From assembly GCA_049322915.1 (NCBI GenBank), contig JBMOPW010000016.1, forward strand, positions 259,610-323,609: a stretch of 64,000 nt of DNA, written 5' to 3'. The position numbers and the translations under genes are program-made. The notes beneath the pieces were generated by a model that did no database searches, was not told the origin of the DNA, and worked only from the letters and a program-made list of their open reading frames with translations. The first letter of the stretch is position 1. The number at the start of each line of letters is the position of its first letter. The stretch is from Candidatus Zhuqueibacterota bacterium (GTDB lineage Bacteria; Zhuqueibacterota; Zhuqueibacteria; Thermofontimicrobiales; Thermofontimicrobiaceae). This document shows, one piece after another, positions 1 through 9,453 of this stretch.

Positions 1-224
1 GAATAGCGACTTCATCAGCAAATGGCTTGACACCAGCGATTGAAAGGCGACTGCGAAGTCTGCGAGTTCAGCCCTGCAATTATCCAACCCGGGTAGCCAA
101 CCAAAATCAGGAGCAAGCCTGGGTTGTCCGAAGTCTTCAGGCAAATTTCAGGCGCTTCTGACCGCGATGAATTTCGAAGTTCAGTCGGGCAGCAATGTCG
201 TGAATATTGAGATCGCGAAAGCCA

Positions 225-253
225 AATATAGGTAAACGACTGAAAAATGTCAA
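225..253 (-). promoter_or_regulatory. sigma70-type promoter directed toward the left window edge
   Basis: Minus strand reads TTGACA-N17-TATATT. Confidence 0.55.
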
Positions 254-342
254 GGCATTTATAGGTGAATTTTGCCGATGAGCGCATGTTTGCCACCTGT
301 CAATTGGGAGATTTCATATTAACCGCAAGCGCTGCCTGGTTG

Positions 343-387
343 AAATAGCAAAGCCCGAAATTCTGGCTGAACGGAATTCGGGCTTTG
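343..387 (-). terminator. Probable intrinsic terminator of the GH172 gene
   Basis: Inverted repeat caaagcccgaa/ttcgggctttg 20 bp past the stop codon, followed by a T-rich run on the minus strand. Confidence 0.55.
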
Positions 388-406
388 GAGTCTGCATGTC
401 CGATGG

Positions 407-1555
407 TTATTTGATCTCCAGATAATCCCGATCCGGTAGCTTGGGGAATTTGGCGTGCGGCTCTTTCTGATACCAGTACGCGACAGAGGAGATATCATCC
501 TGCAATGGCAGATAGCGACCGCCGGAGCGCCAGCCCAGGGCCTGCATGGTCACTTTCAAATCTTTCTCGAAACGAACCGGATCCATGATGTGCCAGCGGT
601 ACAAACCAAATCGCTGCTGCGAATTCCAGAGTCCGTCCGGGCTGATCACCTGGGGCATCCCGGCAAAGGGCGTGGAATATTCTTTATATTTATCATCAGC
701 GACAAAGCCGTAGGAACCGCAGAAATAATCTTCGGTACCGGTCCCGCAGATGGTTGGAAATTGTTTATCGCCATCGATGAAAAATTTGATCTCGCCTTCG
801 CCCCACCAACCTGTGTTGTTGGAGCCCCAGCACATGTACGTCCCCACAAAGTGCCCCTGGCCTTTCACTCCATCGAGAATGGTGAAGACGTCTTTGTAGG
901 GCACCGGATTCACGCGCCGGAATTGGGCGTGGAAATAGGCGGCATCCTCCGGCACTTCAGTGAGGGTGTAGTTGATCTGATAGTACAAGGTCATCTGATT
1001 ATCATCCAGGTTCTCCATGGTGATCTTGCAGGACTTGCGGAACGGCATCACCCAGTAGCAGTTGAAGGCGCTGCCCGGATTGACGCACACTGGCAGGGAG
1101 TTGACATGGGCATATTTGCCCCAGCCGCAGGCAAAAAAATCACCGACCGGAACTTCGACCGATGGCTCGGTTTCGCCGTCCCAATAAAACCGGATGATGG
1201 AAAAGCGCCAGTTGCCGGAGGGCGTCATCCATATTTGCTGAATGGCGCCAGAACCCGTGATTTCTGCGAGCACATAGGTCTCGTGCGATTTGATGTGGAT
1301 GTACGGTGAAACTTTCCAGCCCTGGCCTAAGTCGCGCGCCGCTTTGGCAGCCAGTCCATCGGTGGACATGCCGCCTTTGCCTTTTTCACCGGTGAAATTT
1401 TCCGGGCTGATGGAACGTGTTTGGGCGTTGGATAGTCGGGGCAGATTGCCCATATCCATGTACAACCCGTTGAATGCTGAACTCTGAGCCAGGACAATGG
1501 ATGCCGAGAAGACAAGGAGCAAGAATGGACTCAGAATACCCTGTAATTTTTTCAT
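407..1555 (-). CDS. DUF2961 / glycoside hydrolase family 172 protein with signal peptide
   Basis: Family motifs SISPENFTGEKG, VPVGDFF, GWWGEGE, GTGTEDYF and YRWHIMDP; Sec-type N-terminus; RBS caggagg. Confidence 0.85.
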   Translation of the reverse strand: MKKLQGILSPFLLLVFSASIVLAQSSAFNGLYMDMGNLPRLSNAQTRSISPENFTGEKGKGGMSTDGLAAKAARDLGQGWKVSPYIHIKSHETYVLAEITGSGAIQQIWMTPSGNWRFSIIRFYWDGETEPSVEVPVGDFFACGWGKYAHVNSLPVCVNPGSAFNCYWVMPFRKSCKITMENLDDNQMTLYYQINYTLTEVPEDAAYFHAQFRRVNPVPYKDVFTILDGVKGQGHFVGTYMCWGSNNTGWWGEGEIKFFIDGDKQFPTICGTGTEDYFCGSYGFVADDKYKEYSTPFAGMPQVISPDGLWNSQQRFGLYRWHIMDPVRFEKDLKVTMQALGWRSGGRYLPLQDDISSVAYWYQKEPHAKFPKLPDRDYLEIK

Positions 1556-1643
1556 GGAACCCTCCTGAAATAAATGCAGTTACAGTGATTAATTCATAAC
1601 TACTCAGCAACAAAGATACGAAGGCACAACGTAAAAGAAATAT

Positions 1644-1685
1644 CCGAACCCAGAACGCTAAACCTTAAACCTTAAACCTTAAACC
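1644..1685. repeat. Degenerate 7-bp tandem repeat, 6 units (TTAAACC-like)
   Basis: ccgaacc cagaacg ctaaacc ttaaacc ttaaacc ttaaacc. Confidence 0.7.
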
Positions 1686-1700
1686 CGTATGACTACCACT

Positions 1701-1728
1701 AATATATATGAAATATGCTGAATGTCAA
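1701..1728 (-). promoter_or_regulatory. sigma70-type promoter for the GH172 gene
   Basis: Minus strand TTGACA-N16-TATATT. Confidence 0.45.
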
Positions 1729-1960
1729 GTGTTTCGTTCAGAAAAGTGAATCCGTCACCAGGGCGCAAAGCGAATCGGCCGGGGTGAAAATCGTCTGTGA
1801 AAAAACTCGGCCTGAACCGAATTAAAATTGAATAAATTCTGCTTTCCAAGAAAAACTACTTGCTTCTTAAATTCAATTTTACTATCTTTGGTAATTTTAA
1901 AAAAATATTTTTTCATAAATTCATAGTAATAAAAAAGAAACATAGTTAGGAGAAACAGAC

Positions 1961-2395
1961 GTGAAAACTTTTTCACCACGACCGAAAGACATCGATCGGC
2001 ACTGGTTCGTTGTCGATGCGAGAAATCAGGTGTTAGGTCGATTGGCATCGCAGGTCGCGCATGTCCTGCGCGGCAAACATAAACCGACTTTCGCACCGCA
2101 TTTCGATGTTGGCGATCATGTTGTTGTAATTAACGCCGAGAAGGTTCGCCTAACCGGAAGGAAAGCCCAGCACAAAGTGTACAGTCGTCATACCGGCTAT
2201 CCCGGCGGTCTGCGGCAGACAGTCTATGAAGACATGATGAAAACCTATCCGGAACGAATCATCGAACATGCAATAAAAGGCATGCTGCCCGATAATCGTC
2301 TCGGCCGGCAGATGTTCAGAAAATTGAAAGTGTATGTCGGTGAATCGCATCCTCATCATGCCCAAAATCCCAAGCCTCTGGAGCTTCATAAATAA
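1961..2395 (+). CDS. rplM: 50S ribosomal protein L13
   Basis: WFVVDA..VLGRLAS, LRGKHKPTFAPH.DVGD, HTGYPGG, GMLP; GTG start after aggag. Confidence 0.98.
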   Translation: MKTFSPRPKDIDRHWFVVDARNQVLGRLASQVAHVLRGKHKPTFAPHFDVGDHVVVINAEKVRLTGRKAQHKVYSRHTGYPGGLRQTVYEDMMKTYPERIIEHAIKGMLPDNRLGRQMFRKLKVYVGESHPHHAQNPKPLELHK

Positions 2396-2486
2396 AAGGC
2401 AGTCAGGCGGGCCATCATCGTTCGCTCGGTTTGAAAACAGTCGTAATTAAAGTAAGGCATAAATCAAAAAAACAAAGAGGTTATGT

Positions 2487-2879
2487 ATGAAAGTAACGGA
2501 GTATCGCGCGACAGGCCGGAGAAAAGGCTCCATCGCAAGAGTCAGGGTGATGCCTGGCAATGGAAAAATCGAAGTGAATAAAAAGTCGCTGATTGATCAT
2601 TTCAAACGTGAAACACTGAAGATGTTGATCGAGCAGCCGTTTATCAAAACTGAAACACAGGAAAAGTTCGATGTTGTGGCTGATGTCAACGGCGGCGGAT
2701 TGTCCGGTCAGGCCGGCGCTGTGCGTCTGGGAATTTCCAGGGCGCTGCTGCAATACGATGAAGAGCTGCGATCCATTTTACGGGCTAACGGCTTTTTGAC
2801 CAGGGATCCTCGCGAGAAAGAGCGCAAGAAATATGGTATGGCTGGCGCGCGCAAACGGTATCAATTTTCCAAACGTTAA
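2487..2879 (+). CDS. rpsI: 30S ribosomal protein S9
   Basis: TGRRK, GGGLSGQAGA, LTRDPREKERKKYG..GARKRYQFSKR. Confidence 0.98.
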   Translation: MKVTEYRATGRRKGSIARVRVMPGNGKIEVNKKSLIDHFKRETLKMLIEQPFIKTETQEKFDVVADVNGGGLSGQAGAVRLGISRALLQYDEELRSILRANGFLTRDPREKERKKYGMAGARKRYQFSKR

Positions 2880-2900
2880 TATCTGTTTATCTGATGAAGA

Positions 2901-2992
2901 ACACACATCTCTTGATCACGTATGGGGTGCCGGAATGAGTGAAATAAAATTCGGTACAGACGTTTTGCCAAAGAGATGGAGGAAAAACCCCA
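2901..2992 (+). ncRNA. rpsB leader RNA (t44-like, S2 autoregulation)
   Basis: ACACAC...GGGGTGCC...GGAGG-AAAACCCC pattern with closing stem catctctt/aagagatg, directly upstream of rpsB as in the E. coli t44 element. Confidence 0.75.
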
Positions 2993-3010
2993 AATTAGAG
3001 GAGAATTATC

Positions 3011-3787
3011 ATGAGTGTCAATTTGCAAGATCTGTTGATGGCGGGAACTCACTTCGGGCATTTGACCCGTCGCTGGAATCCGAAAATGAAGAAATACATC
3101 TTCATGGAAAAAAATGGGATTTACATTATCGATATAAAAAAGACTCTGACCTATCTGGAACGAGCCTGCGAAGAAGTGAAGAACGTGGTGAAAAATGGCG
3201 GCAAGGTGCTGTTCGTCGGAACCAAAAAACAGGCCAAGGATATTATTCGAATCGAAGCCGAACGATGCAATCAATTTTATGTCAATGAGCGATGGTTGGG
3301 TGGTACGCTCACCAACTTTGTGACTGTCAAAAAGAGCATCAAGCGGCTCAAAAATTTTGATAAGATGATGACGGACGGTTCGTATGAAAAACTCACCAAA
3401 AAAGAAATCCTGAATATCGAGCGCGACAAGGAAAAACTGGAACGCGTACTGGGCGGGATTAAAGAGATGACGAAACTGCCGGGAATTATTTTTGTCGTGG
3501 ATACGAAAAAAGAAGCGATCGCAGTTGCCGAAGCTGACCGATTGAATATTCCCATCATTGGATTGATTGATACAAATTCCGATCCGGATATGATTGACTA
3601 CCCGATCCCGGGAAACGATGATGCATTCAAATCGATCAACCTGATCACCCATACTATCGCTGACGCTGTGATTGAAGGCATGCAGTACCAGTCAGCCCAT
3701 GCCATGGAAGAAGAGGGGATCGAAGAGAAGAAATCGATGGAATATGAAGTCGAAACAGAAAAAAGTTTTGAAGAAGAAAACTATTAA
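3011..3787 (+). CDS. rpsB: 30S ribosomal protein S2
   Basis: [45 protein letters not shown]. Confidence 0.98.
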   Translation: MSVNLQDLLMAGTHFGHLTRRWNPKMKKYIFMEKNGIYIIDIKKTLTYLERACEEVKNVVKNGGKVLFVGTKKQAKDIIRIEAERCNQFYVNERWLGGTLTNFVTVKKSIKRLKNFDKMMTDGSYEKLTKKEILNIERDKEKLERVLGGIKEMTKLPGIIFVVDTKKEAIAVAEADRLNIPIIGLIDTNSDPDMIDYPIPGNDDAFKSINLITHTIADAVIEGMQYQSAHAMEEEGIEEKKSMEYEVETEKSFEEENY

Positions 3788-3812
3788 AATTTTATATAGA
3801 GAGGAGTTAGAA

Positions 3813-4685
3813 ATGACTGTCAGTGCAGATGATGTAAAAAAACTACGGGAGAGCACCGGCGCCGGAATTATGGACTGTAAAAATGCCCTCAAGGAAACGA
3901 ATGGCGATTACGATCAGGCCGTTGATTATTTGAGAAAAAAAGGCATTGCCAAGGCGGAGAAGAAAGCATCTCGCGAAGCAAAGGATGGAAGCATTGAAAG
4001 TTACATTCACCCCGGGAGCAAACTTGGCGTGATTCTTGAGATAAATTGTGAGACTGACTTTGTAGCGAAGACCGATGATTTTAAAAAATTTGTCTCATCC
4101 GTGGCGGTTCACATTGCCGAGAAGCAGCCGAAAGATGTGGCCGATTTGAACGGGCAGCCTTTTATGAATGGAAAATCCGTCGAAGAAATCCGGAAAGAGA
4201 TTGTCGGGAAGTTGGGCGAAAACATCACCATCAAACGATTCGAAATCTACCCTTATAAAAATGGATTGATCGAGAAATACATCCACCCGGGGAGCAAGCT
4301 GGGAGTGCTCGTCGAAGTGAATACCGAAAGTGATGCAGCAAGCCAGTCGGCCGAGTTCAAAAACTTCATTCATGACATCGCCATGCAGATCGCGGCCAGC
4401 AATCCGTTAGTTGTCAAGCGGGACGAGCTTTCGCCGCAAGTCATTGAGCGGGAGATGAACATTTACAAAACCCAGGCTCAGGAACAGAAGAAACCCGAAG
4501 CCATCGCTGAGAAAATCGCGCTGGGTAAAATGAGCAAATTCTACGAAGAAGTGTGTCTGATGGAACAGAGCTATATTAAAGATCCTAACGTCACAATTCA
4601 GGATTTGCTGAAGCAGTTGGTAGCCAAAGTGGGACAGCCTGTGGTGATCCGACGTTTTGTCCGCTATCAACTGGGTCAAAATTAA
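3813..4685 (+). CDS. tsf: Translation elongation factor Ts
   Basis: VKKLRESTGAGIMDCKNAL and NCETDFVA; start reassigned to ATG 3813 after gaggag. Confidence 0.97.
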   Translation: MTVSADDVKKLRESTGAGIMDCKNALKETNGDYDQAVDYLRKKGIAKAEKKASREAKDGSIESYIHPGSKLGVILEINCETDFVAKTDDFKKFVSSVAVHIAEKQPKDVADLNGQPFMNGKSVEEIRKEIVGKLGENITIKRFEIYPYKNGLIEKYIHPGSKLGVLVEVNTESDAASQSAEFKNFIHDIAMQIAASNPLVVKRDELSPQVIEREMNIYKTQAQEQKKPEAIAEKIALGKMSKFYEEVCLMEQSYIKDPNVTIQDLLKQLVAKVGQPVVIRRFVRYQLGQN

Positions 4686-4700
4686 TCCGGGAAGAGAAAT

Positions 4701-5429
4701 ATGCCGCAACCAGTTTACAAAAGAGTGCTCCTGAAATTGAGCGGTGAGGCTCTGATGGGGAACCAGGGTCTCGGGATTGACCCCGAGATCGTTTCCCGTA
4801 TCGCTTTAGAGTTGAAAGAAATCAGAGAGTTGGGTGTGGAGATCGGGATCGTGATTGGTGGCGGTAATATTTTTCGCGGTTTATCGGCCAGCGCCCGTGG
4901 AATGGATCGCGTTTCAGCCGATTACATGGGCATGCTGGCGACGGTCATCAATGCCATGGCGCTGCAGGACTATCTTGAACGGCATGGCGTGTACACGCGC
5001 GTGCTGACTGCGATCAAGATGGAAGAGATCGCTGAGCCGTTCATTCGTCGCCGCGCCATTCGACATCTGGAAAAAGGGCGAATCGTCATCTTCGGCGCCG
5101 GCACGGGCAATCCCTATTTCACAACAGACACAGCGGCCGCGTTACGCGCGATAGAAATAGAGGCCGATGCCATTATCAAAGGGACCAAAGTTGACGGCGT
5201 CTACGATTCGGACCCCAAAATCAATAAAGAGGCAAAGAAGTTCGATCGTCTCAGTTACCTCGAGGTCATCCAGAAACAACTGAAAGTCATGGACTCCACC
5301 GCGGTAACCCTGTGCATGGAAAACCATCTGCCGATTAGGGTATGCAACCTAACGGTCAAACATAATCTTAAAAATTTAATCTTAGGACAGAAAATTGGAA
5401 CAATAGTATGTGAGGATCAAAATGATTGA
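4701..5429 (+). CDS. pyrH: UMP kinase
   Basis: [39 protein letters not shown]. Confidence 0.98.
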   Translation: MPQPVYKRVLLKLSGEALMGNQGLGIDPEIVSRIALELKEIRELGVEIGIVIGGGNIFRGLSASARGMDRVSADYMGMLATVINAMALQDYLERHGVYTRVLTAIKMEEIAEPFIRRRAIRHLEKGRIVIFGAGTGNPYFTTDTAAALRAIEIEADAIIKGTKVDGVYDSDPKINKEAKKFDRLSYLEVIQKQLKVMDSTAVTLCMENHLPIRVCNLTVKHNLKNLILGQKIGTIVCEDQND

Positions 5430-5979
5430 TGATATTCGAGGTCACGCCAAAGAAAAAATGGATAAGGCGATTGAAAACTTTCATTACGAACTGAACAAAA
5501 TCCGTACTGGAAAAGCCTCCGCTGCCATTCTCGATGGAATCAAGGTCAATTATTACGGATCGCTTGTACCGCTGAAACAAGCCGCAAACATTTCGGTTCC
5601 TGAAATCAGATTGATTACAGTTCAGCCCTGGGATAAGTCCATGATTAATGAAATCGAAAAGGCGATACAGAAATCGGATATCGGCCTGACGCCGGTGAGC
5701 GATGGCCATATTATTCGGCTTCCTATCCCGACTCTGACGGAAGAGCGCCGCAAAGACCTGGTGAAGCAGACGAAGCGAATCGGTGAAGAAGTGAGAGTGT
5801 CGGTCCGCAATACTCGCCGGGAAGCAAACGATGCGCTGAAGTCAGCGGAGAAAGATGGCAAAATTTCTGAAGATGACTCTTTTAGCGCCCAGACGAAAAT
5901 TCAGGATCTCACCAATGACTACATTAAAAAAGTCGATGAGATTCTGGCCAAAAAAGAAAAAGAGATTATGGAAATTTAA
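5422..5979 (+). CDS. frr: Ribosome recycling factor
   Basis: [30 protein letters not shown]; start set at ATG 5422 after gagga. Confidence 0.97.
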   Translation: MIDDIRGHAKEKMDKAIENFHYELNKIRTGKASAAILDGIKVNYYGSLVPLKQAANISVPEIRLITVQPWDKSMINEIEKAIQKSDIGLTPVSDGHIIRLPIPTLTEERRKDLVKQTKRIGEEVRVSVRNTRREANDALKSAEKDGKISEDDSFSAQTKIQDLTNDYIKKVDEILAKKEKEIMEI

Positions 5980-6019
5980 GGTCATTCGATTTTTTACCAA
6001 TCAAGTTCATTTAAAAATT

Positions 6020-6066
6020 AAGGAGATTTTGGCGGTAGCATTGCGCCGAGGTCTCCTTCTTTTTTA
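6020..6066 (+). terminator. Intrinsic terminator of the translation operon
   Basis: aaggagattttggcg / cgccgaggtctcctt stem (with G-U pairs) followed by a T run. Confidence 0.65.
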
Positions 6067-6231
6067 TCATCCAATGAGAGCGCGTAACCACTGAGCGCCC
6101 TGGACAGGCGTCCCGCGCCATTGGCAGTGTGCCGGGACTGGCAACGTCCGGCCGTGTGAAATGGGGCAGTATTCAACCTGTCAATTCGGATGGTAACATT
6201 ACGGCAGCAATACCAAGGGAAAGAAAAAATT

Positions 6232-6801
6232 ATGAATTCGACACTGATGTCCATCATGCAGGCGCGCCGGAGCGTTCGCAAATACCAGGATAAGCCTGTC
6301 GAGCGCGAGAAGATTGTTATGTGCCTCGAAGCCGCTCGCATCGCGCCCTCGGCTGAAAACGTACAACCCTGGCGCTTCATTGTGATCGACGACCCTGAAT
6401 TGAAGCAGGAATTTTCGAAACAGGTATTTTCCGGTATCTACCGGGCGACGCATTTTGCGGCCAATGCACCAGTCATTGTCGTTATGCTGGCCCGACTGGA
6501 TATTCTGGCCAACAAGATTGGGAAGCAGATCCAGGGCATCAGTTACTATCTCATCGATACCGGCATTGCCGGGCAGCATTTTGTGCTGCGCGCACAGGAA
6601 TTGGGATTAGGCACCTGCTGGATCGGCTGGTTCAATCCCCGCGCCGTTCGGAAAGTGCTGGACATCCCCCGAAGTTACAAAGTCGTTTCGCTCATGAGTC
6701 TCGGTTATCCGCTGGAAAGCTCTATCAAAGAGAAAAAAAGATTGAGCCTGAATGAAATTGCCTGGTTCAATGGATTCAAACAGAGCTTGAAATTAGAATG
6801 A
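6232..6801 (+). CDS. Nitroreductase family protein
   Basis: RRSVRKY, APSAENVQPWRF, ELGLGTCWIG; start at 6232 is likely but 6190 is possible. Confidence 0.9.
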   Translation: MNSTLMSIMQARRSVRKYQDKPVEREKIVMCLEAARIAPSAENVQPWRFIVIDDPELKQEFSKQVFSGIYRATHFAANAPVIVVMLARLDILANKIGKQIQGISYYLIDTGIAGQHFVLRAQELGLGTCWIGWFNPRAVRKVLDIPRSYKVVSLMSLGYPLESSIKEKKRLSLNEIAWFNGFKQSLKLE

Positions 6802-7493
6802 AGTTTGGGGAAGAATTCATACCCGGCCGGCTCATTCGACGCTATAAGCGATTCCTGGCAGATGTCGAATTGGAGTCCGGAGAGATTATCACCGCGCATT
6901 GCCCCAATTCGGGCAGTATGCTCACCTGCGATACACCTGGCAGCCCTGTCTTGCTTTCGGTTCATGACAATCCGAACCGGAAGTATGCCTTCACCTGGGA
7001 ATTGGTTCTGGTGAATTCGGTCTGGGTGGGAATTAACACGCAGGTCCCCAATCGGCTTGTCTACGAAGCTATTCGAGCTGGGGAAATTCCGGAATTGTCC
7101 GACTACCCGTATGTGCAGCGTGAGAGGAGCGTGAGTTCGCACAGCCGTCTCGATCTCATGCTTTCGAACGATAGCGACGTTTGTTTTGTGGAGGTGAAAA
7201 ATGTGACATGGGTAGAAGATGGTGTGGCGCTTTTCCCCGATGCGAAAACCGAACGCGGGACCAGGCATGTGCTGGAATTGATGAAGTTGAAGCGCCAGGG
7301 AAATCGGTCGGTGATGTTCTTCGTGATTCAAAGAAGCGATGCGCGGCTGTTCGCTCCGGCTGATCTGGTCGATGCGATATACGGGAAATCGTTGAGACAG
7401 GCCCATGCGCAGGGCGTTGAGATTTTGCCCTACCTTGCCCAGGTGACGCCGCAGGAAATATGTTTGAGAAACAAGTTGGAGTTTGTTTTTTAG
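6798..7493 (+). CDS. sfsA: DNA/RNA nuclease SfsA
   Basis: RYKRFLADV, AHCPNSGSM, VEVKNV, FPDAKTERG.RH. Confidence 0.92.
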   Translation: MKFGEEFIPGRLIRRYKRFLADVELESGEIITAHCPNSGSMLTCDTPGSPVLLSVHDNPNRKYAFTWELVLVNSVWVGINTQVPNRLVYEAIRAGEIPELSDYPYVQRERSVSSHSRLDLMLSNDSDVCFVEVKNVTWVEDGVALFPDAKTERGTRHVLELMKLKRQGNRSVMFFVIQRSDARLFAPADLVDAIYGKSLRQAHAQGVEILPYLAQVTPQEICLRNKLEFVF

Positions 7494-7592
7494 ATTTGTC
7501 GGGAGTGGGCTGAAGTCGAAAGGCTCTGTATTTATAGCTTCCTTAAAAATCCATTCCACCGGCGCAATGGCAGCACAATGGTTCCGGCCGAT

Positions 7593-8765
7593 TTAATTCC
7601 CGAACACATAAGTTTGGCGATAACTCATTTCGCCAATCGATGGATCGCACTCGCCGAAATCGCTCCATCGGCTGATTCGGCTCACAATGCACCGGAGCAT
7701 GGCTTTATCGTCGATGGTGCTGCTCAGGATATTCGCAGACGATACCTGGCCGGATGGCGTGACTGTAAACCGAACCACCACCTTGCCTTTAGCGTCCGGC
7801 GCGTTTTTCAATACCTGCTTGAAGCAATCCTGAATAGCGCGATTGTGAGAATTCACAACCATGGTCACATGATCTGCATTTCGAACAAGCCCCTTTTTCT
7901 CGGCCCTGGCGATCGCTGAAGTTGGCGATTCCTCGATCTCGGTATTTTTGGCAACGGATTCAAATTCGGCTTTTTCGAGTCGTTCGTGCGAATTAACCAT
8001 GTCTTCAATCGGCGCTTCGCTGATCCCGCCTTTCACGGCCATGTCGGAATTTACTGACTGCGTCGACGCGTTCCTGCCATTGCGGTAGTAGTAGGCCAGT
8101 TTGATGTTGGCAGTTGATTGCTCCAAATAATCCGAGGAGGCCTGTCCCTGGGATAAAATCTCCGTCACGACCGCATCGAAATTTCCGTTGTCCTCATCGA
8201 GATAAGCCAGAATGCCCCGGGAGCTGACCTGTCCGGTCAGGATATTCTTGCGCGTCAGCCGTCCTTTCTGTCTTTCGTTCAAGCCCGAAGGAATGGCTAC
8301 CTCAGATCCGCTGCCTGCTGCACTCTCTGATAGCGCGCTGCCAGAAGCTTCCGCAGCCTGATGTCCGGACCCAATCGATCCATCGTCAGTGAGTGTTGGT
8401 TCAGGTTCAATTTCTTCCGGGACGCCAAAAAGGTATGTCTCGATTTTTTCCAGATTCTGGAAGGAGAGCTCCGCATCGCCACTTTTATTCAACAATAAAT
8501 TAGCATAACGTTTCTGGATGTCATTGATATCAATTTCCCCGGCGGATTTATTTATTGATGAAAGCCCCCATAAAAGCAGGCCGATCTGGAGAACTGATGT
8601 CGTAAGAAGAATAATCATGTAGCGCATGTCGAGCTGCTGGAACCAATTGCGCCGGAATTCCTTTGGGAATTCAAAGACCGCCGCTGTCTCATGTGACTGC
8701 ATCGGCTCATCGTGAAAATGTGAGACAGGTGCGCTTCGTTCTATTTGTTTTTCAGAAATGCTCAT
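7593..8765 (-). CDS. Single-TM protein with AgmX/PglI-like (TonB C-terminal-like) domain
   Basis: TM segment near aa 50-68; low-complexity linker; C-terminal IQDCFKQVLK..P..KGKVVVRFTV.PSGQV...CI...ISRW pattern. Confidence 0.7.
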   Translation of the reverse strand: MSISEKQIERSAPVSHFHDEPMQSHETAAVFEFPKEFRRNWFQQLDMRYMIILLTTSVLQIGLLLWGLSSINKSAGEIDINDIQKRYANLLLNKSGDAELSFQNLEKIETYLFGVPEEIEPEPTLTDDGSIGSGHQAAEASGSALSESAAGSGSEVAIPSGLNERQKGRLTRKNILTGQVSSRGILAYLDEDNGNFDAVVTEILSQGQASSDYLEQSTANIKLAYYYRNGRNASTQSVNSDMAVKGGISEAPIEDMVNSHERLEKAEFESVAKNTEIEESPTSAIARAEKKGLVRNADHVTMVVNSHNRAIQDCFKQVLKNAPDAKGKVVVRFTVTPSGQVSSANILSSTIDDKAMLRCIVSRISRWSDFGECDPSIGEMSYRQTYVFGN

Positions 8766-9005
8766 GGGAGATAACTTTTTATATCCTTGTTTTCAAAAGT
8801 AAATCGTCGGGGTGCATATAGCTGTTCACACGTTCCGCGTTCACTGTTAGGGTTTTGGAAATGATTGCGCGTAACTTTTTTTATGCTCAAATAGTCCGTC
8901 ATCAACTGTGCGTTATTATAAACTTTGAAGCCCTGAACAATAAACCTGTGAACGGTTACGGGGGCAGTCCTTGATTGGTGAATCAGGAAATAACGCTAAA
9001 AACCC

Positions 9006-9022
9006 TACAAAAAATATGCCAG
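9006..9022 (-). promoter_or_regulatory. Possible sigma54 (-24/-12) promoter
   Basis: Minus strand CTGGCAT-ATTTT-TTGTA versus consensus TGGCAC-N5-TTGCW. Confidence 0.3.
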
Positions 9023-9453
9023 TAACCGGTCGAACAAAAGCCAGGAAAAGGACGTCGGCATTCTAAAGGGTTATCGCGATAAAATGCGCTTTGCGCAGAG
9101 TGGATGGTGAACCCGAAACTGTATTTGCCAGGTACAACTTGTCCCAGCATGCGACAGGCAGGGAATGGATCCGTTTGATTTATTGTCTGTTAACGTGTCT
9201 CTTTAATACGAACCTGGTGAAACAGCAGTTATTTCTTCCACCCGCAGCTCAATTTCGGAATGACCTTCTGAGACAGAGGGGACGTTACCTGATTCATTGA
9301 CTGGCGCTCTCCCGGCTAGGACGCAGCGGGTCGGCAATAAATTCCGAAGCGATGCTGATGTTTTGAATGCGACAGATATTTTCCCTTGAATAAATTGAAA
9401 AAATTAATTATCTTTGGCCAGTAATTCAGACTGTCATTTACCCGGTAACGGTC

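Noticed and set aside
100..160. Glycine riboswitch or glmS ribozyme-like words (ggagcaa..tcttcagg; agcgcc)
   Set aside because: The other conserved elements (GGAGA/CCGAAG; GACGAGG) are missing.
455..1309. 284-aa plus-strand ORF and other long antisense ORFs (for example 2876-3652, 9316-10569, 12888-14615, 40914-41951, 55888-56865)
   Set aside because: They are shadows of well-supported genes on the opposite strand and have no recognisable motifs.
2600..2615. parS-like half site acgtgaaaca in rpsI
   Set aside because: Four mismatches to TGTTTCACGTGAAACA, not palindromic, and explained by coding sequence.
3672..3812. N-terminal extensions in the ORF track (tsf; also 30318, 36926, 45646, 48988, 50338, 61141)
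   Set aside because: Downstream ATGs match the family N-termini and mostly have better RBSs.
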